This document shows, one piece after another, positions 61,637 through 64,000 of a stretch of DNA of 64,000 bases; within the stretch, counting starts at the first letter, position 1, and each line of letters begins with the position of its first letter. The notes below the pieces were generated by a model. That model saw nothing but the letters and a program-made list of their open reading frames with translations, was not told the DNA's origin and ran no database searches. A program made the translations under genes and the position numbers. This DNA is from Candidatus Aminicenantes bacterium (GTDB taxonomy: Bacteria > Acidobacteriota > Aminicenantia > Aminicenantales > JAFGAV01), in NCBI GenBank assembly GCA_963705895.1, contig OY970122.1, positions 3,178,383 through 3,242,382 of the forward strand, given 5' to 3'.

Positions 61637-64000
61637 TCAGGCTGCGGGGCGGATCTCCAAGGTCAGGGGCTGGCCGGGCTTGACCACCCGCTCAGTCTTC
61701 GACGCGACCGAGCCGGCCCCTGTCAGAACAAAGGTTTGGAACCCGAGGTCGCCCTTGAGCGAGGTGAGGACGACCGTATATTTATCCTCTTCCTTCTTGA
61801 TCCGGACCGTGCCGTAGGCCCAACCGTTCGACCAGAAGAAATTCCCCTCCCGCGGAGCGAATTCCAAACGCCGCTCGACGGCCGAATAGTGGAACCCGGT
61901 CAGGGCCAGGCTGGCCGCCCAGCTGGCCATGGCTCGGGCGTAGTGGTGTCCGCACTCCGCTTCGTCGAACGGGTTCCGCTTGAGGCCGTCGTAGCGACTC
62001 CTTGCTGCGACCACGCAGCGAACGCCGTTGTCCTCCTGTCCCTCGTAGAGCATCCCCACGGCCGCGGTGTACTCGAGTCCGGTCCAGACCTCGGTAAAGT
62101 AGGGGAAGGGATTGGCCGGCCGGCCGTCAGGATAGGCGGCTATGACCAAGCCCGGCTCGTCGTTCAGGGCGAAGCTGCGGAAGGAATTGAAATGGTCGGC
62201 CAGTGATCCCTTGAAGTTGTAGCGCATGATGCTCTGGAGTGTGGCCCGGACGTTGGCCGCCTTGACGAGATAGCCCAGCCCGCAGATATGGGCCATGTAC
62301 TGTCCCACGAGCTGATCGACGAGACATCCGTTCGCCAGCTGGTAGTCGGGAAGGAACCAGTTGGTCGAACCCATGCCCACCAGGAGGCCGGGGGCGATCG
62401 TGGACTTGTCCAGGGGCGGGACGATCCTCTGGATGTAATACCGGCCGTTAAAGAGGCGGGCGTCGATCCAGGCGCTGCCGCTCTGGAACAGCTTGCGGCA
62501 GGTCCCGGCGAAGCTCTTGTCGCCGACGTGACGGGCCATCTCCTCGGCCGCGCGCAAGGCGCCCAGGTACCACAGGCCCATTTGAGGGTTCGGGCCGTAG
62601 TATTCTACGTCCATAGTGTTGTGCTGGCAGCCCTCCATGACCCCGTCCTTGTTCTCGTCCCAGCCGCCGGGGATCCAGCAGAACTCAAGGGCCTTCCTCA
62701 CTTTCGGCCAGAGCTTCTTGAGCAAGGCGTCGTTCCCCGAGAGCTGCCAATCCCGATACATCTTCATGATGCAGCCCATCTGGCCGTCTGCCGCGGCCCT
62801 GCCCCAGGGCTTCTCGTCCAGGGGGAGCTTGACTCGGAAGCTCATCAGCCCCGCCTCATCCGTGGCCTCGCCGAACTCGGTCTGCCGCATGGACAGGGCC
62901 AGAGAGCCGAAGAGAAAGGCCGTGGCCTGCTCGTAGTTCCAGACATGGGTGCAGGAGCCCCAGCAGCAGCCGTCCTTGTCGCCGCAGCCCTCCCAGGCGA
63001 AGAACCGGCCGTCCTCCGTCCGGAAGCAGGTCTGGGTTCGAAGGGTGGAGAGGTTGAAGAGCGCGGCTTCCTTGACCGCGGCCGGAAGGTCGCTCCGGCC
63101 GAAGGCCTGGACAAAGGCCAGGCTGTCATCGGTCAGGCCGTCGAGACGGGCCACGCTTTTTTCCGCGGCGTCCCAGGCGTCCGTGAAGCGCGTCGCATAA
63201 TAGTTGCCCACGCGCCGCGTGGCCCAGGACTTGCGGTTCGGAAAATGCCAGGTGATGAGAAAAGTGAATTCCTTCTTTCCGCCGGGGACGAGAGTGGCTC
63301 GCGCGGCCAGGGAGGCCATGGGCGTTTTGTCTTCCGAGGCCCGATTCTCGAGGCGGCCGTCGTCCGCCAGGTCGTCCCAGAAATCGAGCAGGGGCGTGCC
63401 CCACTGGTCGGGGAGCCATGACGTCCTGAAGGAGACATCCTCTGAGGCGAACGTCGCGAGGGCCATGGTGCCCCACGTTTCGGCGTCCTTGGCCACGCCT
63501 TCCGATGAGAGAAAGATGCCCTGGAGAGCGTCCGTGCGGCGGGATACGTTCTTGTTTTGGGCGGCCAGGGTCAGGGTCCCGTCGTTCCCGATGAAATTCT
63601 GGATCGACCCGACCACGGTCACTGTCACATCCGCATTGACCCGGTTCGTGACCTCGAAGGTCAGCACAGCCAGAGGAAGGCCGCTGGCCTCGGGGTCGGT
63701 CGGGACGAGGGGATTGAAAGCCTGAACGCGGACCGTGATCGGCATGTCGGGGTCGGACAGGTTGACCCGTCCGAACGGATAGCCGGCGTCGAAACTGCAC
63801 TCCTGGAAGCAGGGCAAGCCGGGGTTGGTCGCCGAATCGACGCCCGAGGCCCCGCTGTAGCGGAAGGGCTCGACAGGCCCCTGAAGAGCGCGCATGTAGG
63901 ACCGACCGCCCGGATACTTGGCCCGGACGGCGAAGAAGGAGCGGGCCGGGTTGAAACCCTTGGCCGGCCGGTTCATCACTTCCCAGTCGCGAAGGTCGCC
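61637..64000 (-). CDS. GH116 (non-lysosomal glucosylceramidase-like) glycoside hydrolase, N-terminus outside the window
   Basis: Frame is open to the window edge (GDLRDWE..); AWEG, CTHVWNY, AADGQ, QHNTMD, DQLVGQ, EVWTG, ECGHHYAR. Confidence 0.88.
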   Translation of the reverse strand, partial: GDLRDWEVMNRPAKGFNPARSFFAVRAKYPGGRSYMRALQGPVEPFRYSGASGVDSATNPGLPCFQECSFDAGYPFGRVNLSDPDMPITVRVQAFNPLVPTDPEASGLPLAVLTFEVTNRVNADVTVTVVGSIQNFIGNDGTLTLAAQNKNVSRRTDALQGIFLSSEGVAKDAETWGTMALATFASEDVSFRTSWLPDQWGTPLLDFWDDLADDGRLENRASEDKTPMASLAARATLVPGGKKEFTFLITWHFPNRKSWATRRVGNYYATRFTDAWDAAEKSVARLDGLTDDSLAFVQAFGRSDLPAAVKEAALFNLSTLRTQTCFRTEDGRFFAWEGCGDKDGCCWGSCTHVWNYEQATAFLFGSLALSMRQTEFGEATDEAGLMSFRVKLPLDEKPWGRAAADGQMGCIMKMYRDWQLSGNDALLKKLWPKVRKALEFCWIPGGWDENKDGVMEGCQHNTMDVEYYGPNPQMGLWYLGALRAAEEMARHVGDKSFAGTCRKLFQSGSAWIDARLFNGRYYIQRIVPPLDKSTIAPGLLVGMGSTNWFLPDYQLANGCLVDQLVGQYMAHICGLGYLVKAANVRATLQSIMRYNFKGSLADHFNSFRSFALNDEPGLVIAAYPDGRPANPFPYFTEVWTGLEYTAAVGMLYEGQEDNGVRCVVAARSRYDGLKRNPFDEAECGHHYARAMASWAASLALTGFHYSAVERRLEFAPREGNFFWSNGWAYGTVRIKKEEDKYTVVLTSLKGDLGFQTFVLTGAGSVASKTERVVKPGQPLTLEIRPAA

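Overview
GC-rich chromosomal window from a diderm bacterium (lpxC and a TonB-dependent receptor are present). The Oar-type receptor, PA-domain M28 peptidases and GH116 suggest an Acidobacteriota/Aminicenantes-like anaerobe, which is inference only. Positions 1-38 kb are mostly housekeeping: the start of the dcw cluster (mraZ-rsmH-ftsL-ftsI), peptidases, a DRG-like GTPase, gyrB-gyrA (both with unusual charged N-terminal tails), an acyl-CoA ligase, dnaG-rpoD-tRNA-Ile2, larB, lpxC, a pterin operon lacking folP, two GT-C/GT39 glycosyltransferases (one frameshifted in a G6 run) and glmU. Positions 38-43 kb hold a TonB-dependent receptor, a hidden ArsA-type ATPase remnant and a tandem two-domain (dead + active) pyruvoyl AdoMetDC-like protein. 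Positions 43.3-59.6 kb form an arsenic/phosphate island: arsC-arsP divergent from arsR, then a long redox run (thioredoxins, cupin, split permease, CcdA, ferredoxin), decayed acr3/arsC scars, a coupled GcvH-like lipoyl carrier + 2x DGC + single-Cys OsmC module, acr3, arsC, pstSCAB1B2-phoU and pit/DUF47. The PstB pair shows complementary degeneracy that predicts one dead ATPase site. The best candidate for an undescribed system is the ars-embedded lipoyl-protein/DGC/OsmC module. No CRISPR array, rRNA, integrase or transposase was recognised. All family calls come from motif recognition by eye, with no database searches.
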